Shown: piece after piece, positions 21,721-31,675 of the stretch
Layout: every line of letters begins with the position of its first letter
Position numbering within the stretch: position 1 is the stretch's first letter
The notes under the pieces: generated by a model
What the model saw: the letters and a program-made list of their open reading frames with translations, nothing else
Database searches by the model: none
Told to the model about the DNA's origin: nothing
NCBI GenBank assembly: GCA_037305845.1
Contig: CP147778.1
Location: forward strand, 1,344,001 to 1,408,000
DNA from: Candidatus Freyarchaeum deiterrae
GTDB taxonomy: Archaea; Asgardarchaeota; Jordiarchaeia; Jordiarchaeales; Jordiarchaeaceae
Length of the DNA stretch: 64,000 nucleotides
Direction of reading: 5' to 3'
Program-made: the position numbers and the translations under genes

Positions 21721-22530
21721 TTAGTTACTTCCTTTATTGTTTTCTGATTTCGTTCGGTATTCTGCTACTCTGTTTGCTATTAAGGCTGCTGTGGCTCCTG
21801 CACCAAACCCGTTGTCAATATTTACCACGCAAAGTCCCGCTGCACATGATTGCAACATAGTAATGAGCGCGCCGAGCCCTTTTCCTCCAAATCCATAACC
21901 AGTGCTTGTTGGAACTCCTATGACTGGAACGTTAACCAGGCTAGCGACTATTGAAGGGAGTGTCCCTTCCATACCCGCGGCTACAACTATGCAGTCAACT
22001 TCCGCCTCTATCATTTTACCTAAGGGAGGAAAAACTCTATGTAATCCCGCAATACCAACATCGTAGGAAGTAAAAATCTCGCAACCCATCGATTCAGCAA
22101 TTATTTTTGCCTCATCAGCTACCGGGATGTCCGAAGTGCCTGCGGTTATGATTCCCACTTTTCCACCAGTTTTTTTGAAAAGTTCTTCTTGATGACTTAC
22201 TCTAATAGTTCCAGATTTTTCAAATATTTCGAGTTTAAAAATCTCAGGAACTTGCTTTTTTAGAAGTGTAATTTGTTCCTCACTCGCTCGAGTAATTAAA
22301 ACGTACGTTTTTTGTGAAATTACGTTATTGACAATCTTAACTAGGTCTTCGGGTCTCTTCCCTCTCCCATAAATTACTTCGGGGACCCCTTTCCGTAGCT
22401 CACGACCTATGTCAAATTTCACCAAGTCATCAATTTCTAAAACGCAATTAGTTCTCAGTAAATTCTCCGCCTCTTCGATAGAAATTTCTCCAGAGTAAAA
22501 TTTCTCTAGAATATTTCGTAGCTGACTCAT
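21721..22530 (-). CDS. larB: Nickel pincer cofactor carboxylase/hydrolase LarB
   Basis: AGTSDIPVADEA, DVGIAGLHR, AGMEGTLPS, VVNIDNGFGA. Confidence 0.95.
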   Translation of the reverse strand: MSQLRNILEKFYSGEISIEEAENLLRTNCVLEIDDLVKFDIGRELRKGVPEVIYGRGKRPEDLVKIVNNVISQKTYVLITRASEEQITLLKKQVPEIFKLEIFEKSGTIRVSHQEELFKKTGGKVGIITAGTSDIPVADEAKIIAESMGCEIFTSYDVGIAGLHRVFPPLGKMIEAEVDCIVVAAGMEGTLPSIVASLVNVPVIGVPTSTGYGFGGKGLGALITMLQSCAAGLCVVNIDNGFGAGATAALIANRVAEYRTKSENNKGSN

Positions 22531-22574
22531 TTCGGTTCAATCCTTATCTAACTATTATTCGAGTCATTTGGAAA

Positions 22575-23417
22575 TTAAGTTTGGAGAGTAATCTTCTCTT
22601 TTAAAACCTCGTCCATAGCTCCTGTCCGATACCCCTCTAGGTCTAAGGTGCAATACTTGAATCCCAATTCCTTCAACTTTTCTGCTATCCTATCCAGAAT
22701 CACTGTTGAGAATAGCTTTTCTCGTTCATCTTTTCCGACTTCGACTCTTGCCATATCTCCATGACTTCTAACCCTGAGTATCTTTACACCGATTAATTGT
22801 TTGATGAATTTCTCAGCCTCAGCGATGCGGTGGAGCTTCTCCTCAGTGATAGTTTCGCCATAAGGTATTCTTGAGGATAAACAGGCCATAGAAGGCTGAT
22901 TGTAAACACTCAATCCTCTTTCTTGAGCAATAAGCCTTATTTCTTCTTTGGTAATCCCTGCCATCAGATAGGGAGACAAGATTCCCTCTTCTCTCAGAGC
23001 CAAAGCTCCCGGACGGTGGCCGACTATTTCAGAAGCATTAGTTCCCTCAACGATCAATTCGAAGCCTTTCTCCTCAGCAATTTTTTTCAAATTTCTTGAC
23101 AACTCCTTTTTACAATAATAGCATCTATTATCTGGATTCGCCACAAATCGAGGATTGCTCAACCTGTCAATCAAAATTACTTTGTGATCTACTCCAAGCT
23201 CTCTGGCTACTTTTTTTGCCCTCTCCACTTCTTCTGAAGGGATAATCTGTGAGCTTACGGTTATTGCTAAAACTTTTTTAGCTACATCTTTAGCCAAGCT
23301 TACCATGAGGCTGCTATCAACTCCGCCAGAGAACGCTACAAGCACGCTTTTGCCTCTGAGGGCATTATGGACGCTATCTATTTTTGATTGTATTTCGTGG
23401 TTACCCAATTTCCGCAA
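22575..23417 (-). CDS. larE: LarE-family ATP-dependent sulfur insertase
   Basis: SGGVDS PP-loop, RCYYCK, HRPG, ACLSSRIPYG, LEGYRTG. Confidence 0.95.
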   Translation of the reverse strand: MRKLGNHEIQSKIDSVHNALRGKSVLVAFSGGVDSSLMVSLAKDVAKKVLAITVSSQIIPSEEVERAKKVARELGVDHKVILIDRLSNPRFVANPDNRCYYCKKELSRNLKKIAEEKGFELIVEGTNASEIVGHRPGALALREEGILSPYLMAGITKEEIRLIAQERGLSVYNQPSMACLSSRIPYGETITEEKLHRIAEAEKFIKQLIGVKILRVRSHGDMARVEVGKDEREKLFSTVILDRIAEKLKELGFKYCTLDLEGYRTGAMDEVLKEKITLQT

Positions 23418-23803
23418 CCCTTTTGCAATTCAGTTTCAGATAAATCTTCGTTAAATGACTACCAATTTAGTAATATTTAATGATTTTGCGATATTTGTCG
23501 AAGTATCATAAACTCTATTTTGATTATACGCCCCTAAACCTCTGATGAAGAAGCTTTTACAGCGGAAAGGGACTTCCCTTCAGTGATATTTTCCTGATTT
23601 TTCTGAAAATTGCTAGTACTGCAAAAGCGCTCTGTAATAGAGGTTAATACTTAAGAAAAGGGGAATAATCTGGTACCGTTTCACAGAAAAAGAGTTTTAA
23701 ATGGATAAAGCTTTTAATCAAGCGGATAAATCTGTATTCCCAAAAACTCATAATTCTTGAGTAAGTATCGGTTTTATTTGAGTTATTAGACTTTCTCGAG
23801 GAG

Positions 23804-24745
23804 ATGTTTATGAAAAAGCGGGTGTTAATAGCTGATGACGTCCATCCCGACGCTGTGACAACGATGAGAGATGCTGGTCTGGATGTGGTTGTGAATGATA
23901 AAATTTCACACGAGGAGCTTAAAGCTCAAATACCCGAATTCGACGCACTTGTTGTTCGTAGTAGAACCAAAGTGAGCCAAGATATTATCGATGCGGGAAA
24001 GAAACTAACTCTTATTGCCCGTAGCGGTGTAGGCTTGGATAACATTGATGTGAAAGCAGCGGAAAAGAGAGGAATCAAAGTTGTTAATTCACCAGAAGCA
24101 GCCAGCGTATCCGTGGCGGAGTTAACAATAGGCGTTATTATATCTCTAATGAGAAATATTCACACAGCCGACAAATCTATGAAGGAAGGAAAGTGGCTCA
24201 AAAAGGAATTAGAGGGGCAGGAGCTTAGAGGAAAAAAACTGGGTATAATAGGCTTTGGAAGAATAGGACAAGAGGTCGCTCGACGAGCCGCTGCATTCCA
24301 GATGATAATTTTAGCCTACGACGTTTTAAGGGAAAGAAAAAAGGACGCCGAGAAGTTGGGAATTAATTTTGTTGGGACTGGAAGAGAGGCTTTGGAAAAA
24401 CTACTGAAAGAGTCCGATATAATAACACTGCATGTTCCTCATTCACCTGGCACGGCGTACATGATTGGTGCCAAAGAAATATCCTTAATTAAAAATAAGG
24501 CTTATGTTCTGAACATCGCGCGTGGAGGACTAATAGACGAAAAGGCTCTCTATGAAGCGCTGAAAAGTGGCAAAATCGCAGGAGCAGCGCTTGATTGTTT
24601 CGAACAGGAACCGCCTAGTAATATTTCTTTCGAGGATTTACCAAATGTACTTTGTACACCGCACATAGGTTCCTCAACTCAGGAAGCCTTAATAGCAAAC
24701 AGTACAATAATAGCCCAAAAAGTTATCGACTTCTTTAAAAAGTGA
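23804..24745 (+). CDS. serA: D-3-phosphoglycerate / D-2-hydroxyacid dehydrogenase (no ACT domain)
   Basis: VRSRTKV, GVGLDNID, GFGRIG, ARGG, TPHIG. Confidence 0.85.
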   Translation: MFMKKRVLIADDVHPDAVTTMRDAGLDVVVNDKISHEELKAQIPEFDALVVRSRTKVSQDIIDAGKKLTLIARSGVGLDNIDVKAAEKRGIKVVNSPEAASVSVAELTIGVIISLMRNIHTADKSMKEGKWLKKELEGQELRGKKLGIIGFGRIGQEVARRAAAFQMIILAYDVLRERKKDAEKLGINFVGTGREALEKLLKESDIITLHVPHSPGTAYMIGAKEISLIKNKAYVLNIARGGLIDEKALYEALKSGKIAGAALDCFEQEPPSNISFEDLPNVLCTPHIGSSTQEALIANSTIIAQKVIDFFKK

Positions 24746-24804
24746 ATACAAAAAATTAATTAGTAACCGTTTCTTCATCATCGATTATAATTCGCTATAG
24801 TGTT

Positions 24805-24845
24805 GAGCTTACCCGTTGGAATGTTGCCTTACGGCTGAACCATAA
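24805..24845 (+). promoter_or_regulatory. Candidate eL15 ribosomal-protein leader RNA
   Basis: acccgttggaatgttgccttacggctgaacc with a gcc-ttac-ggc hairpin in the rpl15e 5' UTR; resembles, from memory, the archaeal eL15 r-leader. Confidence 0.5.
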
Positions 24846-24863
24846 ATAGGGAGGCTATAGTTA

Positions 24864-25448
24864 ATGGTTAAGAGTATGTATCGTTATATATCTGAAACTT
24901 GGAGAGAATCTGATAAAGACGAAATGCGAGTTATGTGGCGTGAAAGACTCGTGCAGTGGCGCAAACAACCAGCTTCTACACGTGTAGAACATCCTACGCG
25001 TTTAGACCGCGCACGAAGCTTAGGCTATAAAGCCAAGCAAGGTTATGTCGTTGTAAGAACGCGTGTAAGACGCGGTGCTATGCGTAGAACGCGACCCAAG
25101 TCTGGTAGAAAACCCCGAAAAATGGGGTTTACTAGATTAACTCCTATCAAGAATTTGCAGTGGATCGCGGAGGAACGCGCCGCTAGAAAATTCCCTAACC
25201 TTGAGGTTTTGAACTCGTACTACGTCGCAGAGGATGGAATGTTGAAATGGTTTGAGATTATAATGGTTGATCCAAATCATCCCGCCATCAAGAATGACTC
25301 GAACATAAACTGGATTTGTAATAAGTCTAATCGGAGACGTGTTTTCCGGGGCTTAACCTCAAGTGGGAAGAAGGCAAGAGGCCTCCGCCATAAGGGAATA
25401 GGCGCGGAGAAAATTCGGCCAAGTGTTAATAAGGGAAGAAATAGGTAA
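24864..25448 (+). CDS. rpl15e: 50S ribosomal protein L15e
   Basis: [45 protein letters not shown]. Confidence 0.99.
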   Translation: MVKSMYRYISETWRESDKDEMRVMWRERLVQWRKQPASTRVEHPTRLDRARSLGYKAKQGYVVVRTRVRRGAMRRTRPKSGRKPRKMGFTRLTPIKNLQWIAEERAARKFPNLEVLNSYYVAEDGMLKWFEIIMVDPNHPAIKNDSNINWICNKSNRRRVFRGLTSSGKKARGLRHKGIGAEKIRPSVNKGRNR

Positions 25449-25475
25449 GAAACCCTTTTTAAGGAGGGCCAGTGT

Positions 25476-25928
25476 TTGTCTTCGGCCCGTGTGATTTGGA
25501 CAGATCTGGAAACCTTTGCTCATGCAACAGAGGATCCAGAAAAAGTGCTTAAAGCACTCTCCCTTCTTTTACCAGAAGTTTTAGAAAAGCAAGTCAATAA
25601 AGAAACTGTTCTTGGGCATTATCACAACGAGATAATTATCTACAAGGTTAAGATAACTAATAAAAAAGGCATACAGAATTTTTTGTGTTTACTCTCGGAG
25701 AGGATCGATGAAAAGGATAAGAAACAGCTTTTCGACCTATTTGACAAGCGACTTGACGATTCTGGAATACTTTATCTTCGCTTCGACAAGCAGGAAGCGT
25801 TTAAAGGAATCCTCAAAATGAGTGAAGGTGAAGACGTTATCCGGGTTCGAATCAAGTTCTCTTCTTATCCACTTAGCAGAGAGCTTATTCAAGAAAGTTG
25901 TTTGAGTTATGGACTGATGAAAAAATGA
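25476..25928 (+). CDS. RNA-binding protein of the exosome/RNase P superoperon (COG1325-like)
   Basis: HATEDPEKV, GHYHNEI, LYLRFDKQ; gene context. Confidence 0.88.
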   Translation: MSSARVIWTDLETFAHATEDPEKVLKALSLLLPEVLEKQVNKETVLGHYHNEIIIYKVKITNKKGIQNFLCLLSERIDEKDKKQLFDLFDKRLDDSGILYLRFDKQEAFKGILKMSEGEDVIRVRIKFSSYPLSRELIQESCLSYGLMKK

Positions 25929-26602
25929 CAGTTTATTTAGATTTTAACGTTAGTTCAAATCAAGGTGAAGGCGAGTCGCCTCCTGAAGAGATGGCAACAA
26001 TTTCGCGAATTTTGGGCTTTTCAGGACTAGGATTCGCAGACTTCTCTCAGACACAAACAGGAAACTACCAAAAAATCAAAGAAAAGCTTTCCAATCTACC
26101 TTTGAAAGCCTATTCTCGTGTAAATTTAAATTTTGATAGCGTAACGAAGAATAACAAAATATTAAATCGGATGAGAAAATCAGTCGACATAATAGCGGTG
26201 GCATGTTTGAATAGAAGGATAGCGGTTTGGGCGGCGAGAAATACGGATGTGGATTTATTATATTTCCCAGAAATTAAGATGTACAAACAGGTCGACAAGT
26301 CACTTGTTGGCCTAATATACGGTAGCGAAAATGCGGTTGAGATTTCCATAAGACCTATATTGTTAACCAAGGGCCTCACAAGGGCTAATACTCTCGGCAT
26401 ACTTAGAAAGACAGCGGAAACCATTCAGAAAGAACGTACTGCGCTAGTTTTAACAAGTGATGCGCATAATAAATTTGAGTTAAGATCGCCCAGAGGTCTG
26501 GCTGCCTTGGGAACTTTGTTGGAAATACCTTATGAGAAGGCTATTGAGGCAGTATCTAAAAGTCCATTAAAAATTCTGGAGCGTAGATCAAATTCAAACT
26601 AA
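25925..26602 (+). CDS. rnp3: RNase P protein Rpp30
   Basis: PHP-like fold, SDAHNKFELRSPR; ATG overlaps the upstream stop; gene context. Confidence 0.85.
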   Translation: MTVYLDFNVSSNQGEGESPPEEMATISRILGFSGLGFADFSQTQTGNYQKIKEKLSNLPLKAYSRVNLNFDSVTKNNKILNRMRKSVDIIAVACLNRRIAVWAARNTDVDLLYFPEIKMYKQVDKSLVGLIYGSENAVEISIRPILLTKGLTRANTLGILRKTAETIQKERTALVLTSDAHNKFELRSPRGLAALGTLLEIPYEKAIEAVSKSPLKILERRSNSN

Positions 26603-26638
26603 AAAAGAAAAGTAAATACGGTTAAAGGGGAGCTGCTT

Positions 26639-26986
26639 TTGAAGTTATACAGAAACCGTTACATAGCTTTCAAGATTTTTAGTGAAGCGATTTTCTCATC
26701 AGATGATATTGTTCACTGTGTTTGGAGGACGCTTCTCAGCCTTTTCGGAGAAGTTGGGGGAAGCAGAACAAATTTCTGGTTAATAGATTACTCTGAAAAC
26801 GGATACGGAATTTTGCGTTGTACACATACCAGCGTTGATATGATGAAATCCGTACTTGCAACGGTAATCGATTTAAAGGGATTTTCTCTAATAATAGACG
26901 TTTTAGGTGTTTCTGGAACAATTAAGGGTGTCAGAAGATTTTTCCAAGAAACAGAAAATCCAAACAGAGAAATTAATAAGAACTGA
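26639..26986 (+). CDS. rnp2: RNase P protein Pop5/Rpp14
   Basis: RNRYIAF, LFGEVG, GILRC, GVSGTIK. Confidence 0.92.
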   Translation: MKLYRNRYIAFKIFSEAIFSSDDIVHCVWRTLLSLFGEVGGSRTNFWLIDYSENGYGILRCTHTSVDMMKSVLATVIDLKGFSLIIDVLGVSGTIKGVRRFFQETENPNREINKN

Positions 26987-27086
26987 AAAGCAGTTCTATC
27001 TTTGGGAATGATGTTACCGTCCCAGACGGATATAAGATGAAGAACCCGTGACAATACTGACCCACTAATAAATAGTTACAGGGGAG

Positions 27087-27764
27087 ATGAGACTGAGTAT
27101 GTACGAAAAGAGAGAAGACTTAGCTGCATCTCAAAAGGAGGCTTTTAGCAAGCTTGAGAGAAAGGTATTGGAACAGGGAGAAGTTCTGCGTCAGCAGAGT
27201 ATTCGAATCAATGAGCTTGAAAGCCTTGTTAAACAGCGGGAGAATGAATTAGCTCATTTGAAAAAAAGCTATGACTTAGAGATACAAGGACTTGGCGATA
27301 CCACAGCCAAGCTTCAGAGACAGTCTGATGACCAAACCAGTAAAATAAAGAATGCGGAGAACAAAATCAGAGAAGACACGGATAGCCATAGATACAGGGA
27401 AGAGGACTCACAGTTAATGATACGTGGTCTTGAGAAAAAGGTCAACGATTTGGAAAACGAAGCTAAGAAAAAGGAGGAAAACCTAAAAGCATTAAATCAG
27501 GAATTGGAAATCAGCGGGGCGAAATGTACCGATCTTGAAAAAAGACTCCAGGATAAGGAGGCAAAAATGGCTTCGATAGAATCCATGATTATGGAGGATG
27601 TTAATTACAAGCCTTATTTCATAGTAAAAAAGTTAGGTTCCATGAGCATTCAGGATATTAAGAAAACACTAGGACTCCAAGAAGGAGTAGTAAGACATGT
27701 CATACTTGAACTTGCGAAAAAGGGATTACTCAGAGTGGATGGCGAACAAGTCCACTTAGCGTAA
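27087..27764 (+). CDS. Coiled-coil protein with C-terminal winged helix
   Basis: About 165 aa of heptad-like E/K/L/Q sequence, then GSMSIQDIKKTLG...LAKKGLLRVDG. Confidence 0.7.
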   Translation: MRLSMYEKREDLAASQKEAFSKLERKVLEQGEVLRQQSIRINELESLVKQRENELAHLKKSYDLEIQGLGDTTAKLQRQSDDQTSKIKNAENKIREDTDSHRYREEDSQLMIRGLEKKVNDLENEAKKKEENLKALNQELEISGAKCTDLEKRLQDKEAKMASIESMIMEDVNYKPYFIVKKLGSMSIQDIKKTLGLQEGVVRHVILELAKKGLLRVDGEQVHLA

Positions 27765-27831
27765 ATCTATAATAAGCCAAGCATAAGAAAGAATTAGAAT
27801 AAAAATCATTTCTAATAATTTTAGAAAAAAC

Positions 27832-28287
27832 CTATTTCTTTTTAGATCCTTTGAGATTTTTTACTGCTATTTCCACTGGATTTATAGTGTTCATAAACCA
27901 TTGATAAGCGGCTATATCGGTTCTGTCTCCCAGAGTTCCCACTATAACCCAGACCACTGGGTTTATCTCCATGAATGGTTTATCTATACCAGAAGGTTTA
28001 GCAGCTGTAGGGTGAGAGTGAAAAATCCCCACCAGTTTCTTATTCTCTTCCTCAGCGTGCACTAGTATCTTATATTGCTCCTCTGGATCCATCACAAAAC
28101 GTACCGAAGACTCATCTGCTATATTTTTAGTAAACACCAATTCTTGGACTCTTGCGATACCGGCCCTTAATTGTCCCAAGATAACACCGCACGCCTCTTT
28201 CGGATATTCTTTTTTGACCTCTTCAAGCATCATTTCTACATGCTCGTTTTGTAAAACAATTTTCCGAATTCTTGGAATTGTCAGCAA
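27832..28287 (-). CDS. JAMM/MPN+ metalloprotease (desampylase/deubiquitinase-like)
   Basis: PKEACG and FHSHP...PSGID JAMM motif. Confidence 0.92.
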   Translation of the reverse strand: MLTIPRIRKIVLQNEHVEMMLEEVKKEYPKEACGVILGQLRAGIARVQELVFTKNIADESSVRFVMDPEEQYKILVHAEEENKKLVGIFHSHPTAAKPSGIDKPFMEINPVVWVIVGTLGDRTDIAAYQWFMNTINPVEIAVKNLKGSKKK

Positions 28288-28558
28288 GACTACCCCCGAA
28301 ATTTAATTATTAAAAAATAAGTATAGAACCTATATTAGTACTTTTTCAAGGGTATAAGAACTGTGTAGCATAAAGGCAAATCTATAACGAAAGTGAAGCA
28401 TAACTAAATTTGAACATTAAAAAAGGTGGAAATTGGTAGACGGCAAGAAAGTATTGTACACATTACATTTGCTTGAAGGCAGCGGAGTCTGTCTGTATCA
28501 ACCTGTAAAATTGCCCTTTACAAATAAACTACAGCATATTGGTTCTTTGAGTCTAGAC

Positions 28559-28966
28559 CTATTCAGAGCCCGCGGTGGAAATAAGATCATCTATTATTTT
28601 TTTGAGAAGCTCTTCACTCTGAACTCCGACTAATTTCGAGCATTCCATTGAGAGTTCATCCGTTTCTTCTTCAGATGCTTCTCCGGTTTTTTCTCCCGAT
28701 TCCTCGTCAAAAACTACCCGTTTTCCTTTAACGAAAAAGACTAGTGAAGGAACTGCATATACATTAAATGTCCGAGCAATATTTGGGTTTTCGTCGACAT
28801 CCACCTTCGCTACTGCAATCTTATCCCCGTATTCAGCTTCTATACCCTCCAAGATCTTTCCTTGCATTTTACAGGGGCCGCACCATGTTGCTGAGAAGTC
28901 TACAAGTACTACGCTATTCGATGATACAAAATCTGAAAATTTTTCTTCTTTTACTTCTACTACCAC
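28559..28966 (-). CDS. trxA: Thioredoxin with acidic insertion
   Basis: WCGPC active site; likely GTG start at 28966; extra acidic loop DEESGEKTGEASEEETDE. Confidence 0.9.
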   Translation of the reverse strand: MVVEVKEEKFSDFVSSNSVVLVDFSATWCGPCKMQGKILEGIEAEYGDKIAVAKVDVDENPNIARTFNVYAVPSLVFFVKGKRVVFDEESGEKTGEASEEETDELSMECSKLVGVQSEELLKKIIDDLISTAGSE

Positions 28967-29223
28967 ATTAAATTCCTTCTTTATAATGGTCATTAATTCT
29001 AAATAGTTAGAAATAAGCTGTACTATTTTTATCTTTTGTATGAGTATGATTTGGATCAAGATATTCGTTATATTTTTTAATAAAGTTTAGATACATATTT
29101 TAATTTTTTTAATGATTCCCTTAGGTACCGCCAATTCGAGAGTTTAGCGGGAAAAATTATATAGGTTTATTCATCCTTATTTTTGCTGCCGAAAATTTCG
29201 TTGACAAAAAGCCGGGAGAACCA

Positions 29224-30318
29224 TTGAATCTTTTCAATTTAAAAACAGAACTCTTATGCAAAGGAGTTAAAGCAGAAAACAGTATCGAGAAGGGAAGAGC
29301 AGCAGGAGCTGGGCCGGCCGGGGGCAGATATCTAGTTTTACCCAATAAGACGGTAGTTAATGTTCCTTTAAGGCCTACCTTTGTTGAAAGATCGGATATT
29401 GCCCTAAGAGGGTTTGATTCTGTCTGGTCTCTTTTTAAAAATGGTGATAAGATTACCGATGTCAAGTTAATTGCTTCCCCCAAGTTTTACTCTCGGAAAA
29501 CCCAAAGTGGGCAAGCGATGAACAAGATTGCGCTTGTTCACGGTAAAGATTGTTTGGCAACCACTCTTCTTCAGAAGTGTATTCACTGGTCAAATGGTGA
29601 AGGTTGTAAGTTTTGTGGAATTGAACTCTCACTTAGGGATAGCTCCACAGTTCCAAGAAAAAACCCACAGGATCTGGTTGAGGTAGTGGGAACCGCGGTT
29701 GAGGAAGATGTTTGTGGGCACATCACATTAACCACAGGTACTCCCAGTACACTGGATAAGGGAGCAAAACTATTAGCCAAAGTAACTAGAGAAATAAAAG
29801 AACAATATGAAATTCCCGTTCATGTGCAGCTAGAGCCCCCTGAGGTGAAATATTTGGAGTTACTAGCGGATTCTGGGGTTGACACGGTGGGTATCCACAT
29901 TGAAAACTTTGACAGGATAGTTTTGAAGCGGGTATGTCCCGGCAAAGCGAAGGTTAGTTTTGAGGAGTATTTAAACTCTTGGAGAGAAGCTGTAGAGCTC
30001 TTTGGGGAGACGCAGGTTAGTACCTATGTTATTGCGGGTTTAGGTGAGAAGGATGAGAGTATACTTGAGGGAGTGGAAACGGTGGCCAGGTTGGGAGTGA
30101 TTCCTTTTCTGGTTCCATTTAGACCGATTGTGGGAACCGAGTTTGAGAACCGAAGTCCACCAAGTGCCAGCAGAATGATATCCCTTTATGAAAGGGTTGC
30201 TGGGATTTTGCATGATTATAATCTTAATCCTTCGAAGAATCTTGCTGGGTGTGTGCGTTGTGGAGCATGCTCCAGCATTTTAGAAGCGTTTATGTGTAGT
30301 GGTGAAGATGAGTCTTGA
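29224..30318 (+). CDS. Radical SAM protein, MSMEG_0568/NitD-like family
   Basis: GAGPAGG, CIHWSNGEGCKFC, PFRPIVGT, C-terminal GCVRCGACS. Confidence 0.85.
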   Translation: MNLFNLKTELLCKGVKAENSIEKGRAAGAGPAGGRYLVLPNKTVVNVPLRPTFVERSDIALRGFDSVWSLFKNGDKITDVKLIASPKFYSRKTQSGQAMNKIALVHGKDCLATTLLQKCIHWSNGEGCKFCGIELSLRDSSTVPRKNPQDLVEVVGTAVEEDVCGHITLTTGTPSTLDKGAKLLAKVTREIKEQYEIPVHVQLEPPEVKYLELLADSGVDTVGIHIENFDRIVLKRVCPGKAKVSFEEYLNSWREAVELFGETQVSTYVIAGLGEKDESILEGVETVARLGVIPFLVPFRPIVGTEFENRSPPSASRMISLYERVAGILHDYNLNPSKNLAGCVRCGACSSILEAFMCSGEDES

Positions 30319-31630
30319 ATCTTTCTTTAACCCGAAAAGCATTGTTATTGTAGGAGCTTCTGGACAACCAGGAAAGTTTGGAAACCAAGTTTTAAAAAAC
30401 ATAATCGAACTCGGTTATGGCGGCGAGGTCTTCCTAGTTCATCCCACTAAGGACAGTATCTTAGGCTTTCCCGCCTTTAGGAGCATTATGGATATTCCAA
30501 GGGTTCCAGAAACTGCTGTTGTTGTTCTATCCTCGGACCTAGTAGTCGATGCTGTTGAAGAGTTGGCAAGAAAAGGGGTTAAGAGCATTATTTTGCAGTC
30601 ATCTGGTTTCTCAGAATATGATGATGAGGGAAAAGAGAGAGAGGATACACTCATCCGAATAGCTAAGGAAAATAATCTGAGGATTATCGGGCCTAATACC
30701 ATAGGTTTAATCAATTACGGTGGGCGTTTCGCTACTGCCCTGACTCCAGTTAGAAGTTTTAAAGTGGGAAGAGTAAGCTTTATTGGACAAAGCGGCGGCC
30801 TATCTGGAGGACTTGGATGGTGGCAGCCGAATGAGTTGAGGTTCAACAAAATAGTTCATTTGGGAAACACTTGTGATGTTAGCGATGCAGAGCTTCTCAG
30901 ATTTTTTGCTCAGGATTCTTCAACTGAGGTTATCGCGGCTTATTTTAGAAAGGTAACCGGTGAGATTGTAGAAGCAGTAAGAGAGGTTTCAAAAAAGAAG
31001 CCCGTAATCATGCACTGCCCAGAAGAGAGAAGAGAGGAACTTGTCAAAGCGGGGGCTATTTGCGCATCTTTGTATTCCGAAATATTCGAACTAGCCAAGA
31101 TTTTCGTCCACTCTCCCAAACCCAATGGTAACCGGGTCGCAATAATTGGGCCCTCCTCTGGAGCCATTGAATTAGCTTTACACGTATTAGAAAAAAATGG
31201 ATTGAAACTCGCCGATCTCAATCCAAACACCGTCAAAACTTTGAAAGAAAAAGTGTTAAATGAACGGGCAAAAACGGTAAATCCTGTTGACTACTGGCCT
31301 CCGAATCATCTTGATGGAGTAGAGGTTGGAAATAAACATAAAACTGCTGTAGAAGCTCTTCTTAAGGACGATAATGTGGACATTATAATTCTGGTACTTG
31401 AGCTCATGAAAGAAATCGAGTTTGACGTGAAGAAAGCCTTTCAGAAAGCCGCTCAGGAGATGTCGAAACCAATTGTGGCAGCGTGTATTCAAATTGAAAA
31501 CGAGTCTTATGAGCGGGTGGTTAATGGCTTGTACGAACTTGAGATTCCTGTCTTCACGGAGGTAGAAAGAGCAGTAAAAGCCACAGGAGCATTGGTCCGC
31601 TATCACACACGGCTGCAAAAGCATATTTGA
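30308..31630 (+). CDS. Acyl-CoA synthetase (NDP-forming) alpha-subunit-like CoA-binding protein lacking the phospho-His segment
   Basis: FFNPKSIVIVGAS, GFSE, IIGPNTIG, GQSGG, NPVD; no SHTG motif. Confidence 0.8.
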   Translation: MSLESFFNPKSIVIVGASGQPGKFGNQVLKNIIELGYGGEVFLVHPTKDSILGFPAFRSIMDIPRVPETAVVVLSSDLVVDAVEELARKGVKSIILQSSGFSEYDDEGKEREDTLIRIAKENNLRIIGPNTIGLINYGGRFATALTPVRSFKVGRVSFIGQSGGLSGGLGWWQPNELRFNKIVHLGNTCDVSDAELLRFFAQDSSTEVIAAYFRKVTGEIVEAVREVSKKKPVIMHCPEERREELVKAGAICASLYSEIFELAKIFVHSPKPNGNRVAIIGPSSGAIELALHVLEKNGLKLADLNPNTVKTLKEKVLNERAKTVNPVDYWPPNHLDGVEVGNKHKTAVEALLKDDNVDIIILVLELMKEIEFDVKKAFQKAAQEMSKPIVAACIQIENESYERVVNGLYELEIPVFTEVERAVKATGALVRYHTRLQKHI

Positions 31631-31675
31631 GGAGCAGGTATCTCTGTAAAGAGGGAATTGGCAGTGTTACAATTA

